Of a stretch of 64,000 nucleotides of DNA, positions 24,501 to 39,500 are shown piece by piece. Within the stretch, counting starts at the first letter, position 1. Each line of letters begins with the position of its first letter. The notes beneath the pieces are model-generated. The model had not been told where the DNA came from, did not search any database, and saw only the letters and a list, made by a program, of their open reading frames with translations. Source of the DNA: Eledone cirrhosa (Eukaryota); NCBI GenBank assembly GCA_964016885.1, contig OZ024741.1:414842001-414906000 (forward strand). The letters are read 5' to 3'. A program made the translations under genes and the position numbers.

Positions 24501-27500
24501 TAGTGTGGTTTAGTAGAATAAGCTGGTACTGGGACACAACCTAGGTTTCTTACATAATATAGTGTAGTTTAGTAGAATAAGATGGTACTGGGACACAATA
24601 TAGGTTTCTTACATAATATAGTGTAGTTTAGTAGAATAAGCTGGTACTGGGACACAACATAGGTTTCTTACATAATATGGTGTAGTTTAGTAGAATAAGC
24701 TGGTACTGGTACACAACATAGGTTTCTTACATAATATAGTGTAGTTTAGTAGAATAAGCTGGTACTGGGACACAACTTAGGTTTCTTACATAATATGGTG
24801 TGCTTTAGTAGAAAAAGCTGGGACTGGGACACAACATAGGTCTCTTACATAATATAGTGTAGTTTAGAAGAATAAGCTGGTACTGGGACACAACATAGGT
24901 TTCTTACATAATATAGTGTAGTTTAGTAGAATAAGCTGGTACTGGTACACAACATAGGTTTCTTACATAATATAGTGTAGTTTAGTAGAATAAGCTGGTA
25001 CTGGGACACAACTTAGGTTTCTTACATAATATAGTGTAGTTTAGTAGAAAAAGCTGGTACTGGTACACAACATAGGTTTCTTACATAATATAGTGTAGTT
25101 TAGTAGAATAAGCTGGTACTGGGACACAACATAGGTTTCTTACATAATATAGTGTAGTTTAGTAGAATAAGCTGGGACTGGGACACAACATAGTTTTCTT
25201 ACATAATATACTGTAGTTTAGTAGAATAAGCTGGTACTGGGACACAACATAGGTTTCTTACATAATATAGTGTAGTTTAGTAGAATAAGCTGCTACTAGA
25301 ACACAACATAGGTTTCTTACATAATATAGTGAGATTTAGTAGAATAAGCTGGTACTGGGACACAACATAGGTTTCTTACATAATATAGCGAGATTTAGTA
25401 GAATAAGCTGGTACTGGGACACAACATAGGTTTCTTACATAATATAGTGTAGTTTAGTAGAATAAGCTGGTACTGGGACACAACATAGGTTTCTTACATA
25501 ATATAGTGAGATTTAGTAGAATAAGCTGGTACTAGAACACAACATAGGTTTCTTACATAATATAGTGAGATTAAGTAGAATAAGCTGGTACTGGGACACA
25601 ACATAGGTTTCTTACATAATATAGTGTAGTTTAGTAGAATAAGCTGGTACTGGGACACAACATAGGTTTCTTACATAATATAGTGAGGTTTAGTAGAATA
25701 AGCTGGTACTGGTACACAACATAGGTTTCTTACATAATATAGTGTGGTTTAGTAGAATAAGCTGGGACTGGGACACAACATAGGTTTCTTACATAATATA
25801 GTGTAGTTTAGTAGAATAAGCTGGTACTGGGACACAACATAGGTTTCTTACATAATATAGTGAGGTTTAGTAGAATAAGCTGGTACTAGAACACAACATA
25901 GGTTTCTTACATAATATAGTGTGGTTTAGTAGAATAAGCTGGGACTGGGACACAACATAGGTTTCTTACATAATATAGTGTAGTTTAGTAGAATAAGCTG
26001 CTACTAGAACACAACATAGGTTTCTTACATAATATAGTGTAGTTTAGTAGAATAAGCTGGTACTGGGACACAACATAGGTTTCTTACATAATATAGTGTA
26101 GTTTAGTAGAATAAGCTGGTACTGGGACACAACATAGGTTTCTTACATAATATAGTGAGGTTTAGTAGAATAAGCTGGTACTAGAACACAACATAGGTTT
26201 CTTACATAATATAGTGTGGTTTAGTAGAATAAGCTGGGACTGGGACACAACATAGGTTTCTTACATAATATAGTGTAGTTTAGTAGAATAAGCTGCTACT
26301 AGAACACAACATAGGTTTCTTACATAATATAGTGTAGTTTAGTAGAATAAGCTGGTACTGGGACACAACATAGGTTTCTTACATAATATAGTGTAGTTTA
26401 GTAGAATAAGCTGGTACTGGGACACAACATAGGTTTCTTACATAATATAGTGTAGTTTAGTAGAATAAGCTGGTACTGGGACACAACATAGGTTTCTTAC
26501 ATAATATGGTGTAGTTTAGTAGAATAAGCTGGTACTAGAACACAACATAGGTTTCTTACATAATATAGTGTAGTTTAGTAGAATAAGCTGGTACTGGGAC
26601 ACAAAATAGGTTTCTTACATAATATAGTGTAGTTTAGTAGAATAAGCTGCTACTAGAACACAACATAGGTTTCTTACATAATATAGTGTAGTTTAGTAGA
26701 ATAAGTTGGTACTAGAACACAACATAGGTTTTTTACATAATATAGTGTAGTTTAGTAGAATAAGCTGGTACTGGGACACAACATAGGTTTCTTACATAAT
26801 ATAGTGTAGTTTAGTAGAATAAGCTGCTACTAGAACACAACATACGTTTCTTACATAATATAGTGTAGTTTAGTAGAATAAGCTGGTACTGGGACACAAC
26901 ATAGGTTTCTTACATAATATAGTGTGGTTTAGTAGAATAAGCTGGTACTGGGACACAACCTAGGTTTCTTACATAATATAGTGTAGTTTAGTAGAATAAG
27001 ATGGTACTGGGACACAATATAGGTTTCTTACATAATATAGTGTAGTTTAGTAGAATAAGCTGGTACTGGGACACAACATAGGTTTCTTACATAATATGGT
27101 GTAGTTTAGTAGAATAAGCTGGTACTGGTACACAACATAGGTTTCTTACATAATATAGTGTAGTTTAGTAGAATAAGCTGGTACTGGGACACAACTTAGG
27201 TTTCTTACATAATATGGTGTGCTTTAGTAGAAAAAGCTGGGACTGGGACACAACATAGGTCTCTTACATAATATAGTGTAGTTTAGAAGAATAAGCTGGT
27301 ACTGGGACACAACATAGGTTTCTTACATAATATAGTGTAGTTTAGTAGAATAAGCTGGTACTGGTACACAACATAGGTTTCTTACATAATATAGTGTAGT
27401 TTAGTAGAATAAGCTGGTACTGGGACACAACTTAGGTTTCTTACATAATATAGTGTAGTTTAGTAGAAAAAGCTGGTACTGGTACACAACATAGGTTTCT

Positions 27501-30500
27501 TACTTAATATAGTGTAGTTTAGTAGAATAAGCTGGTACTGGGACACAACATAGGTTTCTTACATAATATAGTGTAGTTTAGTAGAATAAGCTGGGACTGG
27601 GACACAACATAGTTTTCTTACATAATATACTGTAGTTTAGTAGAATAAGCTGGTACTGGGACACAACATAGGTTTCTTACATAATATAGTGTAGTTTAGT
27701 AGAATAAGCTGCTACTAGAACACAACATAGGTTTCTTACATAATATAGTGAGATTTAGTAGAATAAGCTGGTACTGGGACACAACATAGGTTTCTTACAT
27801 AATATAGTGAGATTTAGTAGAATAAGCTGGTACTGGGACACAACATAGGTTTCTTACATAATATAGTGTAGTTTAGTAGAATAAGCTGGTACTGGGACAC
27901 AACATAGGTTTCTTACATAATATAGTGAGATTTAGTAGAATAAGCTGGTACTAGAACACAACATAGGTTTCTTACATAATATAGTGAGATTTAGTAGAAT
28001 AAGCTGGTACTGGGACACAACATAGGTTTCTTACATAATATAGTGTAGTTTAGTAGAATAAGCTGGTACTGGGACACAACATAGGTTTCTTACATAATAT
28101 AGTGAGGTTTAGTAGAATAAGCTGGTACTGGTACACAACATAGGTTTCTTACATAATATAGTGTGGTTTAGTAGAATAAGCTGGGACTGGGACACAACAT
28201 AGGTTTCTTACATAATATAGTGTAGTTTAGTAGAATAAGCTGGTACTGGGACACAACATAGGTTTCTTACATAATATAGTGAGGTTTAGTAGAATCAGCT
28301 GGTACTAGAACACAACATAGGTTTCTTACATAATATAGTGTGGTTTAGTAGAATAAGCTGGGACTGGGACACAACATAGGTTTCTTACATAATATAGTGT
28401 AGTTTAGTAGAATAAGCTGGTACTGGGACACAACATAGGTTTCTTACATAATATAGTGTAGTTTAGTAGAATAAGCTGCTACTAGAACACAACATAGGTT
28501 TCTTACATAATATAGTGTAGTTTAGTAGAATAAGCTGGTACTAGAACACAACATAGGTTTCTTACATAATATAGTGTGGTTTAGTAGAATAAGCCGGTAC
28601 TGGGACACAACATAGGTTTCTTACATAACATAGTGTAGTTTAGTAGAATAAGCTGGTACTGGGACACAACATAGGTTTCTTACATAATATAGTGTAGTTT
28701 AGTAGAATAAGCTGGTACTGGGACACAACATAGGTTTCTTACATAATATAGTGAGATTTAGTAGAATAAGCTGCTACTGGGACACAACATAGGTTTCTTA
28801 CATAATATAGTGTAGTTTAGTAGAATAAGCTGGTACTGGGACACAACATAGGTTTCTTACATAATATAGTGAGATTTAGTAGAATAAGCTGCTACTGGGA
28901 CACAACATAGGTTTCTTACATAATATAGTGTAGTTTAGTAGAATAAGCTGGTACTGGGACACAACATAGGTTTCTTACATAATATAGTGTAGTTTAGTAG
29001 AATAAGCTGCTACTAGAACACAACATAGGTTTCTTACATAATATAGTGTAGTTTAGTAGAATAAGCTGGTACTAGAACACAACATAGGTTTCTTACATAA
29101 TATAGTGTAGTTTAGTAGAATAAGCTGGTACTAGAACACAACATAGGTTTCTTACATAATATAGTCTAGTTTAGTAGAATAAGCTGCTACTAGAACACAA
29201 CATAGGTTTCTTACATAATATAGTGTAGTTTAGTAGAATAAGCTGCTACTAGAACACAACATAGGTTTCTTACATAATATAGTGTAGTTTAGTAGAATAA
29301 GCTGGTACTGGGACACAACATAGGTTTCTTACATAATATAGTGTGGTTTAGTTGAATAAGCTGGGACTGGGACACAACATAGGTTTCTTACATAATATAG
29401 TGTGGTTTAGTAGAATAAGCTGGTACTGGGACACAACATAGGTTTCTTACATAATATAGTGTAGTTTAGTTGAATAAGCTGGTACTAGAACACAACATAG
29501 GTTTCTTACATAATATAGTGTAGTTTAGTAGAATAAGCTGGTACTGGGACACAACATAGGTTTCTTACATAATATAGTGTGGTTTAGTAGAATAAGCTGG
29601 TACTGGGACACAACATAGGTTTCTTACATAATATAGTGTGGTTTAGTAGAATAAGCTGGTACTGGGACACAACATAGGTTTCTTACATAATATAGTGTAG
29701 ATTAGTAGAATAAGCTGGTACTGGGACACAACATAGGTTTCTTACATAATATAGTGTAGTTTAGTTGAATAAGCTGGTACTAGAACACAGCATAGGTTTC
29801 TTACATAATATAGTGTAGTTTAGTAGAATAAGCTGGTACTGGGACACAACATAGGTTTCTTACATAATATAGTGTAGTTTAGTAGAATAAGCTGGTACTG
29901 GGACACAACATAGGTTTCTTACATAATATAGTGTAGTTTAGTAGAATAAGCTGGTACTGGGACACAACATAGGTTTCTTACATAATATGGTGTAGTTTAG
30001 TAGAATAAGCTGGTACTAGAACACAACATAGGTTTCTTACATAATATAGTGTAGTTTAGTAGAATAACCTGGTACTGGGACACAAAATAGGTTTCTTACA
30101 TAATATAGTGTAGTTTAGTAGAATAAGCTGCTACTAGAACACAACATAGGTTTCTTACATAATATAGTGTAGTTTAGTAGAATAAGCTGGTACTAGAACA
30201 CAACATAGGTTTTTTACATAATATAGTGTAGTTTAGTAGAATAAGCTGGTACTGGGACACAACATAGGTTTCTTACATAATATAGTGTAGTTTAGTAGAA
30301 TAAGCTGCTACTAGAACACAACATACGTTTCTTACATAATATAGTGTAGTTTAGTAGAATAAGCTGGTACTGGGACACAACATAGGTTTCTTACATAATA
30401 TAGTGTGGTTTAGTAGAATAAGCTGGTACTGGGACACAACCTAGGTTTCTTACATAATATAGTGTAGTTTAGTAGAATAAGATGGTACTGGGACACAATA

Positions 30501-33500
30501 TAGGTTTCTTACATAATATAGTGTAGTTTAGTAGAATAAGCTGGTACTGGGACACAACATAGGTTTCTTACATAATATGGTGTAGTTTAGTAGAATAAGC
30601 TGGTACTGGTACACAACATAGGTTTCTTACATAATATAGTGTAGTTTAGTAGAATAAGCTGGTACTGGGACACAACTTAGGTTTCTTACATAATATGGTG
30701 TGCTTTAGTAGAAAAAGCTGGGACTGGGACACAACATAGGTCTCTTACATAATATAGTGTAGTTTAGAAGAATAAGCTGGTACTGGGACACAACATAGGT
30801 TTCTTACATAATATAGTGTAGTTTAGTAGAATAAGCTGGTACTGGTACACAACATAGGTTTCTTACATAATATAGTGTAGTTTAGTAGAATAAGCTGGTA
30901 CTGGGACACAACTTAGGTTTCTTACATAATATAGTGTAGTTTAGTAGAAAAAGCTGGTACTGGTACACAACATAGGTTTCTTACATAATATAGTCTAGTT
31001 TAGTAGAATAAGCTGCTACTAGAACACAACATAGGTTTCTTACATAATATAGTGTAGTTTAGTAGAATAAGCTGCTACTAGAACACAACATAGGTTTCTT
31101 ACATAATATAGTGTAGTTTAGTAGAATAAGCTGGTACTGGGACACAACATAGGTTTCTTACATAATATAGTGTGGTTTAGTTGAATAAGCTGGGACTGGG
31201 ACACAACATAGGTTTCTTACATAATATAGTGTGGTTTAGTAGAATAAGCTGGTACTGGGACACAACATAGGTTTCTTACATAATATAGTGTAGTTTAGTT
31301 GAATAAGCTGGTACTAGAACACAACATAGGTTTCTTACATAATATAGTGTAGTTTAGTAGAATAAGCTGGTACTGGGACACAACATAGGTTTCTTACATA
31401 ATATAGTGTGGTTTAGTAGAATAAGCTGGTACTGGGACACAACATAGGTTTCTTACATAATATAGTGTGGTTTAGTAGAATAAGCTGGTACTGGGACACA
31501 ACATAGGTTTCTTACATAATATAGTGTAGTTTAGTAGAATAAGCTGGTACTGGGACACAACATAGGTTTCTTACATAATATAGTGTAGTTTAGTTGAATA
31601 AGCTGGTACTAGAACACAGCATAGGTTTCTTACATAATATAGTGTAGTTTAGTAGAATAAGCTGGTACTGGGACACAACATAGGTTTCTTACATAATATA
31701 GTGTAGTTTAGTAGAATAAGCTGGTACTGGGACACAACATAGGTTTCTTACATAATATAGTGTAGTTTAGTAGAATAAGCTGGTACTGGGACACAACATA
31801 GGTTTCTTACATAATATGGTGTAGTTTAGTAGAATAAGCTGGTACTAGAACACAACATAGGTTTCTTACATAATATAGTGTAGTTTAGTAGAATAACCTG
31901 GTACTGGGACACAAAATAGGTTTCTTACATAATATAGTGTAGTTTAGTAGAATAAGCTGCTACTAGAACACAACATAGGTTTCTTACATAATATAGTGTA
32001 GTTTAGTAGAATAAGCTGGTACTAGAACACAACATAGGTTTTTTACATAATATAGTGTAGTTTAGTAGAATAAGCTGGTACTGGGACACAACATAGGTTT
32101 CTTACATAATATAGTGTAGTTTAGTAGAATAAGCTGCTACTAGAACACAACATACGTTTCTTACATAATATAGTGTAGTTTAGTAGAATAAGCTGGTACT
32201 GGGACACAACATAGGTTTCTTACATAATATAGTGTGGTTTAGTAGAATAAGCTGGTACTGGGACACAACCTAGGTTTCTTACATAATATAGTGTAGTTTA
32301 GTAGAATAAGATGGTACTGGGACACAATATAGGTTTCTTACATAATATAGTGTAGTTTAGTAGAATAAGCTGGTACTGGGACACAACATAGGTTTCTTAC
32401 ATAATATGGTGTAGTTTAGTAGAATAAGCTGGTACTGGTACACAACATAGGTTTCTTACATAATATAGTGTAGTTTAGTAGAATAAGCTGGTACTGGGAC
32501 ACAACTTAGGTTTCTTACATAATATGGTGTGCTTTAGTAGAAAAAGCTGGGACTGGGACACAACATAGGTCTCTTACATAATATAGTGTAGTTTAGAAGA
32601 ATAAGCTGGTACTGGGACACAACATAGGTTTCTTACATAATATAGTGTAGTTTAGTAGAATAAGCTGGTACTGGTACACAACATAGGTTTCTTACATAAT
32701 ATAGTGTAGTTTAGTAGAATAAGCTGGTACTGGGACACAACTTAGGTTTCTTACATAATATAGTGTAGTTTAGTAGAAAAAGCTGGTACTGGTACACAAC
32801 ATAGGTTTCTTACATAATATAGTGTAGTTTAGTAGAATAAGCTGGTACTGGGACACAACATAGGTTTCTTACATAATATAGTGTAGTTTAGTAGAATAAG
32901 CTGGGACTGGGACACAACATAGTTTTCTTACATAATATACTGTAGTTTAGTAGAATAAGCTGGTACTGGGACACAACATAGGTTTCTTACATAATATAGT
33001 GTAGTTTAGTAGAATAAGCTGCTACTAGAACACAACATAGGTTTCTTACATAATATAGTGAGATTTAGTAGAATAAGCTGGTACTGGGACACAACATAGG
33101 TTTCTTACATAATATAGTGAGATTTAGTAGAATAAGCTGGTACTGGGACACAACATAGGTTTCTTACATAATATAGTGTAGTTTAGTAGAATAAGCTGGT
33201 ACTGGGACACAACATAGGTTTCTTACATGATATAGTGAGATTTAGTAGAATAAGCTGGTACTAGAACACAACATAGGTTTCTTACATAATATAGTGAGAT
33301 TTAGTAGAATAAGCTGGTACTGGGACACAACATAGGTTTCTTACATAATATAGTGTAGTTTAGTAGAATAAGCTGGTTCTGGGACACAACATAGGTTTCT
33401 TACATAATATAGTGAGGTTTAGTAGAATAAGCTGGTACTGGTACACAACATAGGTTTCTTACATAATATAGTGTGGTTTAGTAGAATAAGCTGGGACTGG

Positions 33501-36500
33501 GACACAACATAGGTTTCTTACATAATATAGTGTAGTTTAGTAGAATAAGCTGGTACTGGGACACAACATAGGTTTCTTACATAATATAGTGAGGTTTAGT
33601 AGAATAAGCTGGTACTAGAACACAACATAGGTTTCTTACATAATATAGTGTGGTTTAGTAGAATAAGCTGGGACTGGGACACAACATAGGTTTCTTACAT
33701 AATATAGTGTAGTTTAGTAGAATAAGCTGCTACTAGAACACAACATAGGTTTCTTACATAATATAGTGTAGTTTAGTAGAATAAGCTGGTACTGGGACAC
33801 AACATAGGTTTCTTACATAATATAGTGTAGTTTAGTAGAATAAGCTGCTACTAGAACACAACATAGGTTTCTTACATAATATAGTGTAGTTTAGTAGAAT
33901 AAGCTGGTACTAGAACACAACATAGGTTTCTTACATAATATAGTGTGGTTTAGTAGAATAAGCTGGTACTGGGACACAACATAGGTTTCTTACATAACAT
34001 AGTGTAGTTTAGTAGAATAAGCTGGTACTGGGACACAACATAGGTTTCTTACATAATATAGTGTAGTTTAGTAGAATAAGCTGGTACTGGGACACAACAT
34101 AGGTTTCTTACATAATATAGTGAGATTTAGTAGAATAAGCTGCTACTGGGACACAACATAGGTTTCTTACATAATATAGTGTAGTTTAGTAGAATAAGCT
34201 GGTACTGGGACACAACATAGGTTTCTTACATAATATAGTGAGATTTAGTAGAATAAGCTGCTACTGGGACACAACATAGGTTTCTTACATAATATAGTGT
34301 AGTTTAGTAGAATAAGCTGGTACTGGGACACAACATAGGTTTCTTACATAATATAGTGTAGTTTAGTAGAATAAGCTGGTACTAGAACACAACATAGGTT
34401 TCTCACATAATATAGCGTAGTTTAGTAGAATAAGTTGGTACTTGAACACAACATAGGTTTCTTACATAATATAGTGTAGTTTAGTAGAATAAGCTGGTAC
34501 TGGGACACAACATAGGTTTCTTACATAATATAGTGTAGTTTAGTAGAATAAGCTGGTACTGGGACACAACATAGGTTTCTTACATAATATAGTGTAGTTT
34601 AGTAGAATAAGCTGGTACTAGAACACAACATAGGTTTCTCACATAATATAGCGTAGTTTAGTAGAATAAGTTGGTACTTGAACACAACATAGGTTTCTTA
34701 CATAATATAGTGTAGTTTAGTAGAATAAGCTGGTACTGGGACACAACATAGGTTTCTTACATAATATAGTGTAGTTTAGTAGAATAAGCTGGTACTGGTA
34801 CACAACATAGGTTTCTTACATAATATAGTGTAGTTTAGTAGAATAAGCTGGTACCGGGACACAACATAGGTTTCTTACATAATATAGTGAGGTTTAGTAG
34901 AATAAGCTGGTACTAGAACACAACATAGGCTTCCCACATAATATAGTGTAGTTTAGTAGAATAAGTTGGTACTTGAACACAACATAGGTTTCTTACATAA
35001 TATAGTGTAGTTTAGTAGAATAAGCTGGTACTGGGACACAACATAGGTTTCTTACATAATATAGTGTAGTTTAGTAGAATAAGCTGGTACTGGTACACAA
35101 CATAGGTTTCTTACATAATATAGTGTAGTTTAGTAGAATAAGCTGGTACCGAGACACAACATAGGTTTCTTACATAATATAGTGTGGTTTAGTAGAATAA
35201 GCTGGGACTGGGACACAACATAGGTTTCTTACATAATATAGTGTGGTTTAGTAGAATAAGCTGGGACTGGGACACAACATAGGTTTCTTACATAATATAG
35301 TGAGGTTTAGTAGAATAAGCTGGTACTAGAACACAACATAGGTTTCTTACATAATATAGTGTAGTTTAGTAGAATAAGATGGTACTAGAACACAACATAG
35401 GTTTGTTACATAATATAGTGAGGTTTAGTAGAATAAGCTGGTACTGGTACACAACATAGGTTTCTTACATAATATAGTGTAGTTTAGTAGAATAAGCTGG
35501 TACTGGGACACAACATAGGTTTCTTACATAATATAGTGTAGATTAGTAGAATAAGCTGGTACTGGTACACAACATAGGTTTCTTACATACTATAGTGTAG
35601 TTTAGTAGAATAAGCTGGGACTAGGACACAACATAGGTTTCTTACATAATATAGTGTAGTTTAGTAGAATAAGCTGGTACTGGTACACAACATAGGTTTC
35701 TTACATAATATAGTGTGGTTTAGTAGAATAAGCTGGTACTGGGACACAACATAGGTTTCTCACATAATATAGTGTAGTTTAGTAGAATAAGCTGGGACTG
35801 GGACACAACATAGGTTTCTTACATAATATAGTGTAGTTTAGTAGAATAAGTTGGTACTAGAACACAACATAGGTTTCTTACATAATATCGTGTAGTTTAG
35901 TAGAATAAGCTGGGACTGGGACACAACATAGGTTTCTCACATAATATAGTGTAGTTTAGTAGAATAAGCTGGGACTGGGACACAACATAGGTTTCTTACA
36001 TAATATAGTGTAGTTTAGTAGAATAAGCTGGTACTGGGACACAACATAGGTTTCTTACATAATATAGTGTAGTTTAGTAGAATAAGCTGCTACTAGAACA
36101 CAACATAGGTTTCTTACATAATATAGTGTAGTTTAGGAGAATAAGCTGGTACTGGGACACAACATAGGTTTCTCACATAATATAGTGTAGTTTAGTAGAA
36201 TAAGTTGGTACTAGAACACAACATAGGTTTCTTACATAATATCGTGTAGTTTAGTAGAATAAGCTGGTACTGGGACACAACATAGGTTTCTTACATAATA
36301 TAGTGTAGTTTAGTAGAATAAGCTGCTACTAGAACACAACATAGGTTTCTTACATAATATAGTGAGATTTAGTAGAATAAGCTGGTACTGGGACACAACA
36401 TAGGTTTCTTACATAATATAGTGAGATTTAGTAGAATAAGCTGGTACTGGGACACAACATAGGTTTCTTACATAATATAGTGAGATTTAGTAGAATAAGC

Positions 36501-39500
36501 TGGTACTGGGACACAACATAGGTTTCTTACATAATATAGTGTAGTTTAGTAGAATAAGCTGGTACTGGGACACAACATAGGTTTCTTACATAATATAGTG
36601 AGATTTAGTAGAATAAGCTGGTACTAGAACACAACATAGGTTTCTTACATAATATAGTGAGATTTAGTAGAATAAGCTGGTACTGGGACACAACATAGGT
36701 TTCTTACATAATATAGTGTAGTTTAGTAGAATAAGCTGGTACTGGGACACAACATAGGTTTCTTACATAATATAGTGAGGTTTAGTAGAATAAGCTGGTA
36801 CTGGTACACAACATAGGTTTCTTACATAATATAGTGTGGTTTAGTAGAATAAGCTGGGACTGGGACACAACATAGGTTTCTTACATAATATAGTGTAGTT
36901 TAGTAGAATAAGCTGGGACTGGGACACAACATAGGTTTCTTACATAATATAGTGTAGTTTAGTAGAATAAGCTGGTACTGGGACACAACATAGGTTTCTT
37001 ACATAATATAGTGTAGTTTAGTAGAATAAGCTGGGACTGGGACACAACATAGGTTTCTTACATAATATAGTGAGGTTTAGTAGAATAAGCTGGTACTAGA
37101 ACACAACATAGGTTTCTTACATAATATAGTGTAGTTTAGTAGAATAAGCTGGTACTGGGACACAACATAGGTTTCTTACATAATATAGTGTAGTTTAGTA
37201 GAATAAGCTGGTACTAGAACACAACATAGGTTTCTTACATAATATAGTGTAGTTTAGTAGAATAAGCTGGTACTAGAACACAACATAGGTTTCTCACATA
37301 ATATAGTGTAGTTTAGTAGAATAAGCTGGTACTGGGACACAACATAGGTTTCTTACATAATATAGTGAGGTTTAGTAGAATAAGCTGCTACTAGAACACA
37401 ACATAGGTTTCTTACATAATATAGTGTAGTTTAGTAGAATAAGCTGCTACTAGAACACAACATAGGTTTCTTACATAATATAGTGTAGTTTAGTAGAATA
37501 AGTTGGTACTAGAACACAACATAGGTTTCTTACATAATATAGTGTGGTTTAGTAGAATAAGCTGGGACTGGGACACAACATAGGTTTCTTACATAATATA
37601 GTGTAGTTTAGTAGAATAAGCTGGTACTGGGACACAACATAGGTTTCTTACATAATATAGTGAGGTTTAGTAGAATAAGCTGCTACTAGAACACAACATA
37701 GGTTTCTTACATAATATAGTGTAGTTTAGTAGAATAAGCTGGTACTGGGACACAACATAGGTTTCTTACATAATATAGTGTGGTTTAGTAGAATAAGCTG
37801 GGACTGGGACACAACATAGGTTTCTTACATAATATAGTGTAGTTTAGTAGAATAAGCTGGTACTGGGACACAACATAGGTTTCTTACATAATATAGTGTA
37901 GTTTAGTAGAATAAGCTGGTACTGGTACACAACATAGGTTTCTTACATAATATAGTGTAGTTTAGTAGAATAAGCTGGTACTGGGACACAACATAGGTTT
38001 CTTACATAATATAGTGTAGTTTAGTAGAATAAGCTGGTACTAGAACACAACATAGGTTTCTTACATAATATAGTGTAGTTTAGTAGAATAAGCTGCTACT
38101 AGAAAACAACATAGGTTTCTTACATAATATAGTGTAGTTTAGTAGAATAAGCTGGTACTGGGACACAACATAGGTTTCTTACATAATATAGTGTAGTTTA
38201 GTAGAATAAGCTGGTACTGGGACACAACATAGGTTTCTTACATAATATAGTGTAGTTTAGTAGAATAAGCTGGTACTGGGACACAACATAGGTTTCTTAC
38301 ATAATATAGTGTAGTTTAGTAGAATAAGCTGCTACTAGAACACAACATAGGTTTCTTACATAATATAGTGTAGTTTAGTAGAATAAGCTGCTACTAGAAC
38401 ACAACATAGGTTTCTTACATAATATAGTGTAGTTTAGTAGAATAAGCTGGTACTAGAACACAACATAGGTTTCTTACATAATATAGTGTAGTTTAGTAGA
38501 ATAAGCTGGTACTAGAACACAACATAGGTTTCTTACATAATATAGTGTAGTTTAGTAGAATAAGCTGCTACTAGAACACAACATAGGTTTCTTACATAAT
38601 ATAGTGTAGTTTAGTAGAATAAGCTGCTACTAGAACACAACATAGGTTTCTTACATAATATAGTGTAGTTTAGTAGAATAAGCTGGTACTGGGACACAAC
38701 ATAGGTTTCTTACATAATATAGTGTGGTTTAGTTGAATAAGCTGGGACTGGGACACAACATAGGTTTCTTACATAATATAGTGTGGTTTAGTAGAATAAG
38801 CTGGTACTGGGACACAACATAGGTTTCTTACATAATATAGTGTAGTTTAGTTGAATAAGCTGGTACTAGAACACAACATAGGTTTCTTACATAATATAGT
38901 GTAGTTTAGTAGAATAAGCTGGTACTGGGACACAACATAGGTTTCTTACATAATATAGTGTGGTTTAGTAGAATAAGCTGGTACTGGGACACAACATAGG
39001 TTTCTTACATAATATAGTGTGGTTTAGTAGAATAAGCTGGTACTGGGACACAACATAGGTTTCTTACATAATATAGTGTAGTTTAGTAGAATAAGCTGGT
39101 ACTGGGACACAACATAGGTTTCTTACATAATATAGTGTAGTTTAGTTGAATAAGCTGGTACTAGAACACAACATAGGTTTCTTACATAATATAGTGTAGT
39201 TTAGTAGAATAAGCTGGTACTGGGACACAACATAGGTTTCTTACATAATATAGTGTAGTTTAGTAGAATAAGCTGGTACTGGGACACAACATAGGTTTCT
39301 TACATAATATAGTGTAGTTTAGTAGAATAAGCTGGTACTGGGACACAACATAGGTTTCTTACATAATATGGTGTAGTTTAGTAGAATAAGCTGGTACTAG
39401 AACACAACATAGGTTTTTTACATAATATAGTGTAGTTTAGTAGAATAAGCTGGTACTGGGACACAACATAGGTTTCTTACATAATATGGTGTAGTTTAGT